DNA of 64,000 nt from an uncultured Haloferula sp. (GTDB taxonomy: Bacteria; Verrucomicrobiota; Verrucomicrobiia; Verrucomicrobiales; Akkermansiaceae): NCBI GenBank assembly GCA_965652295.1, contig CBFGTS010000015.1, positions 1-64,000 on the forward strand, read 5' to 3'. The notes under the pieces were generated by a model, which saw only the letters and a program-made list of their open reading frames with translations, was not told where the DNA came from and did no database searches. Below are positions 46,135 to 55,462 of this stretch, in pieces. How positions within the stretch are numbered: the stretch's first letter is position 1; every line of letters starts with the position of its first letter. A program made the translations under genes and the position numbers.

Positions 46135-47223
46135 TCAATCGAAGGCCCAAGGGAGGGATTTGGCGGCGGCGGATTGTTGATAGGCCGCGATTTGGCGGCG
46201 GGTGAATTCGGCAGGATCTTTTCCGGCCCCTTCGTGGAGATACCATTCGGCGGTCTTCTTCAGCGTTTCGTCGAAGTTCCAAACCGGCTGCCATTGGAGC
46301 AGGTGGAAGGCCTTATCGGTAGCGAGGTTAAGTTTTGAAGCCTCGTGGACGGCGTGGGGATCAGAGGCATCGATCCACTCGCCGCCGGTGTGGCTGATGA
46401 GGCCCGCAACCAGCTCGGCCACCGTGCGGTTGTTTGTTAGTGCAGGGCCGAAGTTGAAAGCGGAATCGTAGCCCTCGGCTGCCGCGAGCGAGGCCCCGAG
46501 CAGCAGGTAGCCGGATAGAGGCTCCAGCACATGCTGCCAAGGCCGGGTTGCGATCTTGTTGCGCACCGGAATCGTTTCGCTGGCACGCAGAGCACGAATG
46601 CAGTCGGGCACGATTCGGTCCTTCGCCCAATCCCCCCCGCCCACGACATTTCCGGCGCGGGCTGAAGCGAGGCGTATCCCGCTTGAGGGGCCGAAGAACG
46701 ACCGGCGATAGGAGGAGATGACCAGCTCGGCCGCGCCCTTGCTCGCCGAATAGGGATCGTGCCCGCCCATCGCATCCTCCTCCCGATAGGCGTGGAGCCA
46801 TTCGCGGTTCTCGTAACACTTGTCGGTAGTGATGCTGACCACGGCGCAAGGCCGGCTGGCTACTCTCACGGCCTCAAGAACGTGAGCAGTGCCCATGACA
46901 TTGGCGGCGAACGTTTCCACCGGAATCTCATAAGAGAGGCGGACCAAGGGCTGGGCCGCCAGATGCAGCACGACATCCGGCCGGGCACGGTCCAGCGCAG
47001 CGGAAAGCCCTGGGCGGTCGGAAAGGTCGGCGCGGGTATCGGAGGCCATGCGGCCAGCGAGGCCGAGCTGCTCGTAGAGCCGTTCGTGCGGCTGGGGATC
47101 GAGCGCGTAGCCATGCACCTCGGCACCCAGGGCGAGCAGCCATTCGGCCAGCCAAGCACCTTTAAAGCCGGTGTGACCGGTGAGAAAGACGCGCTTGCCG
47201 CGGTAGAAATCTCGGAAGGCCAT
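46135..47223 (-). CDS. rfbG: CDP-glucose 4,6-dehydratase
   Basis: TGHTGFKGAWL, AAQPLVR, TTDKCY, DPYSASK, RPWQHVLEPL. Confidence 0.96.
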   Translation of the reverse strand: MAFRDFYRGKRVFLTGHTGFKGAWLAEWLLALGAEVHGYALDPQPHERLYEQLGLAGRMASDTRADLSDRPGLSAALDRARPDVVLHLAAQPLVRLSYEIPVETFAANVMGTAHVLEAVRVASRPCAVVSITTDKCYENREWLHAYREEDAMGGHDPYSASKGAAELVISSYRRSFFGPSSGIRLASARAGNVVGGGDWAKDRIVPDCIRALRASETIPVRNKIATRPWQHVLEPLSGYLLLGASLAAAEGYDSAFNFGPALTNNRTVAELVAGLISHTGGEWIDASDPHAVHEASKLNLATDKAFHLLQWQPVWNFDETLKKTAEWYLHEGAGKDPAEFTRRQIAAYQQSAAAKSLPWAFD

Positions 47224-47240
47224 GGGTGTGAAATTCCGAA

Positions 47241-48008
47241 TTACCAAGTTTTCCAAGGAGCCCGTCCGGCGTCCCACAGCGACTCCAGCTCCAGCTTGTC
47301 GCGAAGTGTGTCCATCGGCCGCCAGAAGCCGCGGTGACGGAAGATTCCCAGTTGGTTGCGGGCCGCCAGCTTCTCCAGCGGTTCCCGCTCCCAGACCGTG
47401 GGATCGCCCTCGATGACGTCTATGACGGACGGCTCCAGCACAAAGAAGCCGCCGTTGATCCAGGCACCGTCACCCTGCGGCTTCTCTTGGAAAGCCGTGA
47501 CCCGGTCTTCCTCCAGCATCAGCGCCCCGAAGCGGCCCGGTGGCTGAACGCCGGTGAGTGTCGCCTCTAAGCCGGAGCGCTGGTGAAAAGCTACTAGCTC
47601 GCTGATATTGACATCGCCAACTCCGTCGCCATAGGTGCAGCAAAAGGAGGAATTGCCCACGTAGTCGCGGACCCGTTTGATCCGGCCGCCGGTCATGGTC
47701 TCATCGCCCGTGTCCACGACCGTGACACGCCAGGGTTCCGCTTTCTTCTGGTGAACCTCCATCTGGTTTGATGCCATGTCGAAGGTGACATCTGACATGT
47801 GTAAAAAGTAATTAGCGAAGTATTCCTTGATGACATATCCCTTATAGCCAGCACAAATGACGAAGTCATTGATTCCGTGGGAACTATAAATTTTCAGAAT
47901 ATGCCACAAAATCGGACGTCCTCCGATCTCCACCATGGGCTTGGGTTTCAGGGCGGTTTCTTCTGAGAGACGGGTGCCGAGCCCGCCAGCAAGAATGACT
48001 GCTTTCAT
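47241..48008 (-). CDS. rfbF: Glucose-1-phosphate cytidylyltransferase
   Basis: [43 protein letters not shown]. Confidence 0.96.
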   Translation of the reverse strand: MKAVILAGGLGTRLSEETALKPKPMVEIGGRPILWHILKIYSSHGINDFVICAGYKGYVIKEYFANYFLHMSDVTFDMASNQMEVHQKKAEPWRVTVVDTGDETMTGGRIKRVRDYVGNSSFCCTYGDGVGDVNISELVAFHQRSGLEATLTGVQPPGRFGALMLEEDRVTAFQEKPQGDGAWINGGFFVLEPSVIDVIEGDPTVWEREPLEKLAARNQLGIFRHRGFWRPMDTLRDKLELESLWDAGRAPWKTW

Positions 48009-48228
48009 CTGAGAGCGTTGGGAATCAGTGTTAATCTCATGACTATGGATGTTGTTTTGAATGGCCGGGGAGACAACTAGAATGGGAGAAACCGCCTAAA
48101 AATCGGGGAATTGTGGCTAACGTCCATTTTTCTCCCTCAAACCATCCTCCGAACGAGGAACGAGCGAGGCCAGCGCGACTATCTGCATATTATCGATCAT
48201 GAAAGGAGGGCTTCAGGGAATTTTTTAT

Positions 48229-50109
48229 CTAGTCCGCTTTGGAACCCAATGAATGCAAGAGTTGACGCCAGCGCAATCCAAAGGCGTGAAGAGTATATTC
48301 TCCTGCATACCGCCTGCGGTTGAACAAGCCCTTGCCTCTCCGGGCTTCGCTCTTCAGCCGAATGATTCGATCCATCGCTTCAGCCAAAGCCCGGGCGTCA
48401 TCGGCTACCACCAATTCGCCGCCGTCCGGCACGATGAGGGCATCGGAGACGGCACCAACATTAGTGGCGACAATCGGCAGGCCGCAGGCCATCGCTTCTA
48501 GCACCGCGAGTGGAAATTGCTCGGTCCAGGAAGGCAGAACGAAGAGGTCGGCACGCAGGAGGCAACTTGATTTTTCCTCACCCCAGATCGGTCCATTCCA
48601 TTGGATGCGGTCGGGAAATCCGGAAGCGGAGAAGGCTTCGCGGACACCCTCTTCGCTCTCTCCTACCCCCACCCCACCGCGGAACTCGAACTCGATGTTA
48701 GGGTGGACTTCGCAGAGGGTTCGCGCTGCCTCAAGCAGATTGCGCCAACCCTTCTCCCGATCCATAGCAGAGATGTAGAGAATTCGAAGTCGTCGGGCTG
48801 GATCTTCCTCCCGGTAAGATGAAGTCTCCGGCGCAGGATCGTGAATGGCATTGGCAATAGCTACGCAGGGGCGGCGGGAGATCCAATCCGGCCATTGCTC
48901 GACCAGAGCTGGAGCGCAAGCAACGAAGGGGTCGATCTGCTCCAAGGTGAGCGCCACCCATTTCCGGAACCAGCCCGGCCTTTCCTCCAGTTTCAACCGG
49001 GCGGGATCCATGTGGACCCACGCGGCAACCCTTACGCCGAAAACGCGGGCCAACCAGACAAAGAGCGAGTCCTTGAGAAACGGCCCGGGATGGAAGGCGG
49101 GCTGCAACAAGAGAATGTCGGGACGGAAGCGGATCAGCTCCACGGTCATTCGCAGAAGATACCACGGAGCCTTTACCAGTTTCCCGAGGTTCATGCCGGT
49201 GAGAGCCTCGCGCGTGGTCGCATAGGCAGTATTGATCGGGCGGTAACCAATGTCATCCCAGCCTGCCGCACATTCCCGTAGCAAACAGGCCATCATGGCT
49301 TCGCCATGAAGAGGCGGATCGAAATGAGTAAGATGTAGGACTTTGCAAGCGGCCGTTCCTGCAGTGGGGCGCAAGGAAACTTCATCGCTCCACAAAGTTT
49401 TGACAGGATGGATCGCCCAAGCTCCTTGGTCGATCATCCTGGAACGGGGCCTGGGGCCGAGAGGCTCGGTGCGGATGAAAGCGTCTTGATCGCCCATCCC
49501 CCTGACGCGGAAACCGAGGTGGTGGGCGACCGTGGGGAGGTGGACCTCAAGGTAGGCGGGATGGGGTTCTCCCTTTTCCAGTACCGCTTCGAGGGCTGCC
49601 CTCCGCCACCACTGGCCGCAGCCCATGCAGCTCAGCACCACCTCCGAGTCCTTTCTGCAGGAAATGCTTCGCACCCAGTTCCGCCATGCAGTGAGATGGC
49701 CATGGCTGGCGTAATGGGGGTGCAGGGTGTCGTCGATGCGCCAGGCCCGGTGGCCGAGAAGATCCGCGTCCTCGACGGTGGACCTCGCCTTGAGGCGGGC
49801 GAAGAGGTCGGGCACCACGGGCTCGATATCGAATTCGGCGAGATAGAGATGCTCCCACGCCTCTCCCTTCAAGGCTTCACAGGCCTTCCGCAGCACTTCA
49901 GTGTAGCTTTGCTTTTCCCGGGGATGGTCTTTCGTCCGAAGCCGGGGGTCCTGGATCAGGACGCGGTTTCCTTCAATCCGCTCGATTTCCTCCGGGGGCC
50001 CTCCGTAGGCCACCACGACCTGGTCGGGCGAGGTCAGGGTTTTCCACCTCTCCACCATCCGGTTCACGGCCTCGGCGGGCTGGTGCGTCAACAGAAGCAG
50101 GGCCGTCAT
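48229..50109 (-). CDS. Two-domain protein: unassigned N-terminal domain fused to a GT4 glycosyltransferase
   Basis: C-terminal LPSWTEQFPLAVLEAMACGLP; start MTALLLL overlaps the upstream stop (ATGA). Confidence 0.8.
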   Translation of the reverse strand: MTALLLLTHQPAEAVNRMVERWKTLTSPDQVVVAYGGPPEEIERIEGNRVLIQDPRLRTKDHPREKQSYTEVLRKACEALKGEAWEHLYLAEFDIEPVVPDLFARLKARSTVEDADLLGHRAWRIDDTLHPHYASHGHLTAWRNWVRSISCRKDSEVVLSCMGCGQWWRRAALEAVLEKGEPHPAYLEVHLPTVAHHLGFRVRGMGDQDAFIRTEPLGPRPRSRMIDQGAWAIHPVKTLWSDEVSLRPTAGTAACKVLHLTHFDPPLHGEAMMACLLRECAAGWDDIGYRPINTAYATTREALTGMNLGKLVKAPWYLLRMTVELIRFRPDILLLQPAFHPGPFLKDSLFVWLARVFGVRVAAWVHMDPARLKLEERPGWFRKWVALTLEQIDPFVACAPALVEQWPDWISRRPCVAIANAIHDPAPETSSYREEDPARRLRILYISAMDREKGWRNLLEAARTLCEVHPNIEFEFRGGVGVGESEEGVREAFSASGFPDRIQWNGPIWGEEKSSCLLRADLFVLPSWTEQFPLAVLEAMACGLPIVATNVGAVSDALIVPDGGELVVADDARALAEAMDRIIRLKSEARRGKGLFNRRRYAGEYTLHAFGLRWRQLLHSLGSKAD

Positions 50110-50384
50110 GTGCGGGGACCGGTCTCGGATTGTTCCGAATCCACCCGGAGGTAATCGGGCTCGCGAGCAGCGGTGAAGCCGAGGGTCACCCGCCAGTAGC
50201 CGAGCTTTTCCCGCGGGACCGCCACCGGGCGGAGGGGGACCTCTCCGGTGAATCCGAGCAGGTGGACGCGGCCTCCCCAAGCGACGACGAAAGCCCGGCC
50301 GAGGACAGCTCCGCTTTCAACATCGCGGATCGTCATCCCGAAGCGTCTGGACAGGTGGCGAAGCCATGTTCCCGGAGTGGACAT
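50106..50384 (-). CDS. Hypothetical protein (92 aa)
   Basis: MSTPGTWLRH... fills the operon gap; coupled to the next gene. Confidence 0.65.
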   Translation of the reverse strand: MSTPGTWLRHLSRRFGMTIRDVESGAVLGRAFVVAWGGRVHLLGFTGEVPLRPVAVPREKLGYWRVTLGFTAAREPDYLRVDSEQSETGPRT

Positions 50385-50400
50385 GAGGAAAGATGATGAA

Positions 50401-51156
50401 TCAGCCGCGCCGACGCAGCTCCCACTTGTCATGACGGTGGGAGATGGGCAGGGAGTTTTCTGCGGCGAAGCGCTCGACGGCGAGGCGCACGCCATCCCAG
50501 CTCCAGTCATCGCCGAAGAGGACCCCACCGGGACGAACGAGATCCCACCAGGCGACGAGGTCGGCATAGACGTCCTCCTCCTCATGGCTGCCGTCGATGT
50601 AGATGAGGTCGGATTTCACGCCGTGGATCGCGCACCATTGGGCGGCGGTGATGGAGGGGACCGGAAAGGGCGTGATCCTGGCCTGGTGGCCGGCGCGGGC
50701 GACGTTGGCGAGGAAGGTGTAGTAGAGCGTGGGGTAGCCGTGACGCAGGTTCAGCGAACCGTGGCGGGTGGGGTCGTCGAGGTTCTGCCACATCTCCAGT
50801 GCACCGAGCCAGGTATCGACGCAGACGATTTCCGCATCGAGGCCGAGCCGTTCGAAGTGACCGGCCAGCGTGAGCGCGGAACCGCCTTTCCAAGTGCCGA
50901 CCTCGATGATCCGCTGGGGCCGGAGTTCTTCGACCAGCTCGCCGAAGGCCGGGGAGTCGGAGCCCCAACCGGAGGCGTCGTCGGGCCAAACGGAGGGATC
51001 GAAATCGGCGTAGGGATCGACCTTGTGAAGCATGGGGCGGACCCGCCCGGAGTGGTCGCCCGCCACGTCGAAACGCTTCGCGCCCCGGAGCCGGCGAAGG
51101 CTGAAGCCGCACCGGTAGGCAAGGGCTTTGAGGAGGCTCTGGAGGTGTTTTTTCAC
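50401..51156 (-). CDS. Class I SAM-dependent methyltransferase (Methyltransf_24-like)
   Basis: IIEVGTWKGGS, VDTW, IYIDGSH, PGGVLFGDD; start uncertain (GTG 51156). Confidence 0.88.
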   Translation of the reverse strand: MKKHLQSLLKALAYRCGFSLRRLRGAKRFDVAGDHSGRVRPMLHKVDPYADFDPSVWPDDASGWGSDSPAFGELVEELRPQRIIEVGTWKGGSALTLAGHFERLGLDAEIVCVDTWLGALEMWQNLDDPTRHGSLNLRHGYPTLYYTFLANVARAGHQARITPFPVPSITAAQWCAIHGVKSDLIYIDGSHEEEDVYADLVAWWDLVRPGGVLFGDDWSWDGVRLAVERFAAENSLPISHRHDKWELRRRG

Positions 51157-51190
51157 GAAGGTGGCGCTGTGGACGGGAGGATGATCCGGG

Positions 51191-51484
51191 AAACCGCGAA
51201 TGGACACGAATCTGCGCGAATAGGAACCAGGAACCGGCCAGCGGGAATGGTGTTCGTTCGCCTGTTGGCGGTCATGCCGCGCCCCGTTCGCGGTTTCGCG
51301 TTCCTTTCAAGGGCTTGGGAGAGGAGCGAGCTTCGGGGAACTCGAAGGGACTGGGGATGAGGGGCGTGGTGCGAGGAGCCCTATCCGGCGGTCGATGCCC
51401 GCCGCTCCTTTGGGGCGCGAGCTATCTATCGAAGAGGAGAGGGCATCGGGGGCGAGGCGGTGCCGATTTCATAATCGGCGCTCC
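51191..51484 (-). repeat. Repeat cluster: AAACCGCGAA inverted pair (51191/51296), family B (51325-51409), family A (51456-51484)
   Basis: Reverse complements match the copies at 31841 and 31927. Confidence 0.82.
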
Positions 51485-51485
51485 T

Positions 51486-52730
51486 TCAGATGATCATGCC
51501 GGCGGCGACGGTCTCGTTGGTCCCGGGGTCGATGAGGATGAAGGAGCCGGTGTGGCGGTTCTTGCGGTAGCTGTCGTGGATCACCGGGCTGGCGGTGCGC
51601 AGGCTGATGCGGCCGATGTCGTTCATCGCGAAGCCGTCGATGCCCTCGATCTTGTGCAGGGTGTTGATATCGACGTGGTATTTCACCTCGCGCACGACGG
51701 CCTGCATGTCGCGGGTGGTGTGGCGGAGGGTGAGCTTGGCGCGGTGACCCATCGGCTTGTTGGAAAACCAGCAGATCATCGCCTCGATGTCCTGCTCGAC
51801 CTTGGGCGGGTTGTTGGCCTTCACGATCATGTCGCCACGCGAGATGTCGATCTCGTCGTTCAGGGTGATCGTGACGCTCTGGGGCGCGAAGGCTTCCTCC
51901 AGAGTGCCGTCGGCGGTGTGGATGGCCTTGATGGACGACTTGAAGCCGCTCGGCAGGGCGACGACCTCATCGCCGGGCTTGAAGACACCGCCGGCGACCC
52001 GACCGGCAAAGCCGCGGAAGTCGTGCCACTCGTCGCTCTGCGGACGGATGACCCACTGCACGGGGAAGCGGGCGTCGACGTGGTTTTCCTCGCCCCCGAC
52101 ATAGACGTGCTCCAGATGGTAAAGAAGCGAGGGACCCTGGAACCAGGGCATCTTGTCGGACTTGTCGACGACGTTGTCGCCGTTGAGAGCGGAGATCGGG
52201 ATCGGCGTGATATCGACGATGTTGTCGAGGCGCGAGGCGAAGTCCTGGTAGTCCTTGACGATCCGGTTGTAGGTTTCCTCGTCGTAATCCACGAGGTCCA
52301 TCTTGTTGATGGCGACGACCACGTGCTGGATGCGCAGCAGGTTGGCGATGAAGCTGTGCCGCTTGGTTTGCTCGATGACGCCCTTGCGCGCATCGACGAG
52401 GATAATGGCGAGGTTGGCGGTCGAGGCCCCGGTCACCATGTTGCGGGTGTACTGGATGTGCCCCGGGGTGTCGGCGATGATGAACTTCCGCTTCGGTGTG
52501 GCGAAGTAGCGGTAGGCGACGTCGATGGTGATACCCTGTTCGCGCTCGGCCTTGAGCCCATCGGTCAGCAGCGCGAGGTTGACGTGTTCATCGCCCCGGC
52601 GGCGCGAGCTTTCCTCGACGGCCTCGAGCTGGTCCTCGAAGATCGACTTGGAATCGTAGAGAAGACGGCCGATGAGGGTGGATTTGCCGTCGTCAACCGA
52701 GCCGGCAGTGGTGAAGCGGAGTAAATCCAT
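51486..52730 (-). CDS. cysN: Sulfate adenylyltransferase subunit 1
   Basis: GSVDDGKSTLIGRLL, REQGITIDVAYRYF, DTPGH, NKMD. Confidence 0.96.
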   Translation of the reverse strand: MDLLRFTTAGSVDDGKSTLIGRLLYDSKSIFEDQLEAVEESSRRRGDEHVNLALLTDGLKAEREQGITIDVAYRYFATPKRKFIIADTPGHIQYTRNMVTGASTANLAIILVDARKGVIEQTKRHSFIANLLRIQHVVVAINKMDLVDYDEETYNRIVKDYQDFASRLDNIVDITPIPISALNGDNVVDKSDKMPWFQGPSLLYHLEHVYVGGEENHVDARFPVQWVIRPQSDEWHDFRGFAGRVAGGVFKPGDEVVALPSGFKSSIKAIHTADGTLEEAFAPQSVTITLNDEIDISRGDMIVKANNPPKVEQDIEAMICWFSNKPMGHRAKLTLRHTTRDMQAVVREVKYHVDINTLHKIEGIDGFAMNDIGRISLRTASPVIHDSYRKNRHTGSFILIDPGTNETVAAGMII

Positions 52731-52733
52731 GAA

Positions 52734-52838
52734 AGTTTGCTAGTTTTCAGTGTTCAGTTTTCAGCAAAGAAGGTCGGAGTCGTCGAATCAGTGGCTCGTT
52801 CTGCATTCTGAAAACTGAACACTGAAAACTAACAAACT
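52734..52838. repeat. 31-bp inverted repeat (30/31) built of TTTTCAG heptamers, 43-bp spacer
   Basis: 52734-52764 versus reverse complement of 52808-52838. Confidence 0.9.
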
Positions 52839-52848
52839 CCCGAAGGGG

Positions 52849-53754
52849 TCAGAAGTATCCTTCCTTCTTGCGGTCTTCCATCGAGGTCTCGGAGCGTTTG
52901 TCGTCGGCGCGGTTGCCGCGTTCGGTCTGGCGGGCGGCGGCGACCTCCTCGATGATCTTGTCCATGGTGTCGGCATCGGACTCGACGGCGCCGGTGATGG
53001 TGGCGTCGCCCATGGTGCGGAAGCGGATCCGCTTGCGTTCGACCTTCTCGCCCTCGCGCGGCTGGACGAACTCGCTGACGGCGAGGATGGTGTTGTTGCG
53101 GGTGACGGTATCGCGCTCGTGGGCGTAGTAGAGGCTGGGGAGGACGATGTTCTCCCGCTTCATGTACATCCAGATGTCCATCTCCGTGAAGTTGGACAGC
53201 GGGAAGACCCGGAAGTGCTCGCCGGGGTGCATGCGGCCGTTGAAGAGGTTCCAGAGTTCGGGGCGCTGGTTCTTGGGGTCCCACTGGCCGAAGTCGTCGC
53301 GGTGCGAGAAGAAGCGTTCCTTGGCGCGGGCCTTCTCCTCGTCGCGGCGGCCGCCGCCGAGGACGGCGTCGAATTTCTGCTCCTCGATGGTGTCGAGCAG
53401 CGTCGTGGTTTGGAGGCGGTTGCGGGAGGCGTCGGGCCCCTTCTCCTCGGTCACCCGGCCCTTGTCGATGGAGTCCTGGACGGAGCCGATGACCAAGCGG
53501 GCACCCATTTTCTCGGCGAACTCGTCGCGGTACTGGATGGTCTCCGGGAAATTGTGGCCGGTATCGACGTGGACGAGCGGAAAGGGCAGGCGGGAGGGGT
53601 GGAAGGCTTTACGGGCGAGCCAGGCCATCACGATCGAGTCCTTGCCCGCGGAAAACAACAGGCCCGGATTCTGGAACTGGGCGGCGGTTTCGCGGAGGAT
53701 GAAAATCGCTTCGGCCTCCAGCTGATCGAGGTGGGAGAGGTTGTAGTTGGGCAT
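52849..53754 (-). CDS. cysD: Sulfate adenylyltransferase subunit 2
   Basis: FSAGKDS, DTGHNF, GRRDEEKARAKER, QRPELW, SMEDRKKEGYF. Confidence 0.96.
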   Translation of the reverse strand: MPNYNLSHLDQLEAEAIFILRETAAQFQNPGLLFSAGKDSIVMAWLARKAFHPSRLPFPLVHVDTGHNFPETIQYRDEFAEKMGARLVIGSVQDSIDKGRVTEEKGPDASRNRLQTTTLLDTIEEQKFDAVLGGGRRDEEKARAKERFFSHRDDFGQWDPKNQRPELWNLFNGRMHPGEHFRVFPLSNFTEMDIWMYMKRENIVLPSLYYAHERDTVTRNNTILAVSEFVQPREGEKVERKRIRFRTMGDATITGAVESDADTMDKIIEEVAAARQTERGNRADDKRSETSMEDRKKEGYF

Positions 53755-53875
53755 TGGGTAAAAACTGAAATGCTGAAAATCTGAAACCGGCCGGTGCGGG
53801 GGCGCAGGAAAACGCCGTCCAAGGCGGCGACGCAAGTATTATTTACTTACTTGGGTAAGTTGGTAAGGTATTCCA

Positions 53876-54808
53876 CTACCGGGAACTGGGTTCCGCCAGG
53901 GCGCTGACCTCGTCGATCGTTGCGGCCAAGCCTTCTTCCAGGCTGCTGACGTGACGGAACCCGGTGGACAAGAGCTTTTCGATGGAAGCCATGGAGTGCT
54001 TCACGTCGCCGGCGCGGGTGGGCCGATGGTCGACAGAAGAGGTGGAACCGGTGAGGTGGAGAATCTCGCGGGCGAGGTGGTTGATCGTGATCCGGCTGCC
54101 ATAGCCGGCGTTGAAGGTGCCGTGGAGGCCGGGTGACGAGGCGACGTGGACCAGCGCCGCGACGATGTCTTTCACATAGATGAAGTCCCGGGTCTGCTCG
54201 CCATCTCCGAAAATGGTCAGCGGTTCTCCGTTCAAAGCCTTGTGGATGAAGATGGGTACCGCGGCGGCGTAGGCTCCGTTCGGATCCTGGCGCGGACCGA
54301 AGACGTTGAAGAACCGCAGGGAGGCGGTTTCAATCCTTCCTTCGCGGTGGAACATCTCCAGATAGTGCTCTCCGTCGAGCTTGGTGATCGCATACGGGCT
54401 CTTCGGCTCCGGTAGCATGGTCTCCCGCTTCGGAACGGTGGGGTTGTCCCCGTAAACCGCGGCGGAGCTGGCGAAGACGAGCTTGCGCACTCCGTTCGCG
54501 GCCGCGGCTTCGAGTACGTTCAGCAAACCCATGACATTCAGGCGTGCGCACTCGATGGGATCGTCCATCGACTCGGGGACCGAGACCAGTGCGGCAAGGT
54601 GGAAGACGAGGTCCACGCCCTCCATCGCTCGTTCGACCGCCGCCCGATCCGTGATGCAAGCCTCGTGCAAGGTGTGGCGGAATCCGTTGAGGTTCCTTGC
54701 GTAACCCGTGCGGAAGTTGTCGATCACCACCACCTCATGATCCGCGTGGAAATGTTCGACGAGGTGGCTGCCGATGAACCCGGCGCCGCCGGTGATGAGA
54801 ATTTTCAT
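53876..54808 (-). CDS. NAD-dependent nucleotide-sugar 4-epimerase (GalE/WbpP-like)
   Basis: TGGAGFIGSH, SSAAVYG, SPYAITK, RFFNVFGPRQ, GDGEQTRDF. Confidence 0.9.
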   Translation of the reverse strand: MKILITGGAGFIGSHLVEHFHADHEVVVIDNFRTGYARNLNGFRHTLHEACITDRAAVERAMEGVDLVFHLAALVSVPESMDDPIECARLNVMGLLNVLEAAAANGVRKLVFASSAAVYGDNPTVPKRETMLPEPKSPYAITKLDGEHYLEMFHREGRIETASLRFFNVFGPRQDPNGAYAAAVPIFIHKALNGEPLTIFGDGEQTRDFIYVKDIVAALVHVASSPGLHGTFNAGYGSRITINHLAREILHLTGSTSSVDHRPTRAGDVKHSMASIEKLLSTGFRHVSSLEEGLAATIDEVSALAEPSSR

Positions 54809-54833
54809 GAGGGAAGAGATCCGTGATCGAACG

Positions 54834-55418
54834 TCACCCGGCGATGCCGGCGCTGCGGATCCACTCGAGGATCTCAAACACGGAGTCTTCGACGGAGAGT
54901 TTCTCGGTATCGAGCACCAGGCCGGGATCCTGGGGTTCTTCGAAGCCGCTGTCCTTGCCGGTAAACTGGGGAATTTCCCCCGCCTCGGCCTTGGCGTAGA
55001 GACCTTTGGGATCGCGCGCCTGACAGGTAGCGTAGCTGGCCTTGACGTAAATTTCCCGGAAGTCGCCGCCGAGGATGCCGCGGGCAAGATCGCGGAAGAC
55101 ACCCTTGGGGGTGATCAGCGAGCAGATGACGATCACCCCGTTGTCAGCCAGCACCTTGGCGAGTTCTGCGGTGCGGCGGATGTTCTCCATGCGGTCGTCA
55201 TCGCTGAAACCGAGATTGCTGTTGAGGCCGGTGCGGAGGTTGTCGCCGTCGAGACGGATCGCAAAGCGGCCTTGATCATGGAGCACGTGCTCAAGGGCTC
55301 CGGCGATGGTCGACTTACCCGAGCCGGAAAGCCCACAGAGCCACAGGACGGTGCCCTTCTGACCGAGCAGGGTTTCCTTGTGGTGGCGCGGGAGCGTGGC
55401 GTGGGGGTGGATGTGCAT
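54834..55418 (-). CDS. cysC: Adenylyl-sulfate kinase
   Basis: GLSGSGKST, LDGDNLR, LGFS..DR.ENIRR, RDPKGLY, FTG. Confidence 0.96.
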   Translation of the reverse strand: MHIHPHATLPRHHKETLLGQKGTVLWLCGLSGSGKSTIAGALEHVLHDQGRFAIRLDGDNLRTGLNSNLGFSDDDRMENIRRTAELAKVLADNGVIVICSLITPKGVFRDLARGILGGDFREIYVKASYATCQARDPKGLYAKAEAGEIPQFTGKDSGFEEPQDPGLVLDTEKLSVEDSVFEILEWIRSAGIAG

Positions 55419-55462
55419 GGAGCGTATAGCGGGAAGCGCGATTCGGCGGCGCGTTCTTTTCG

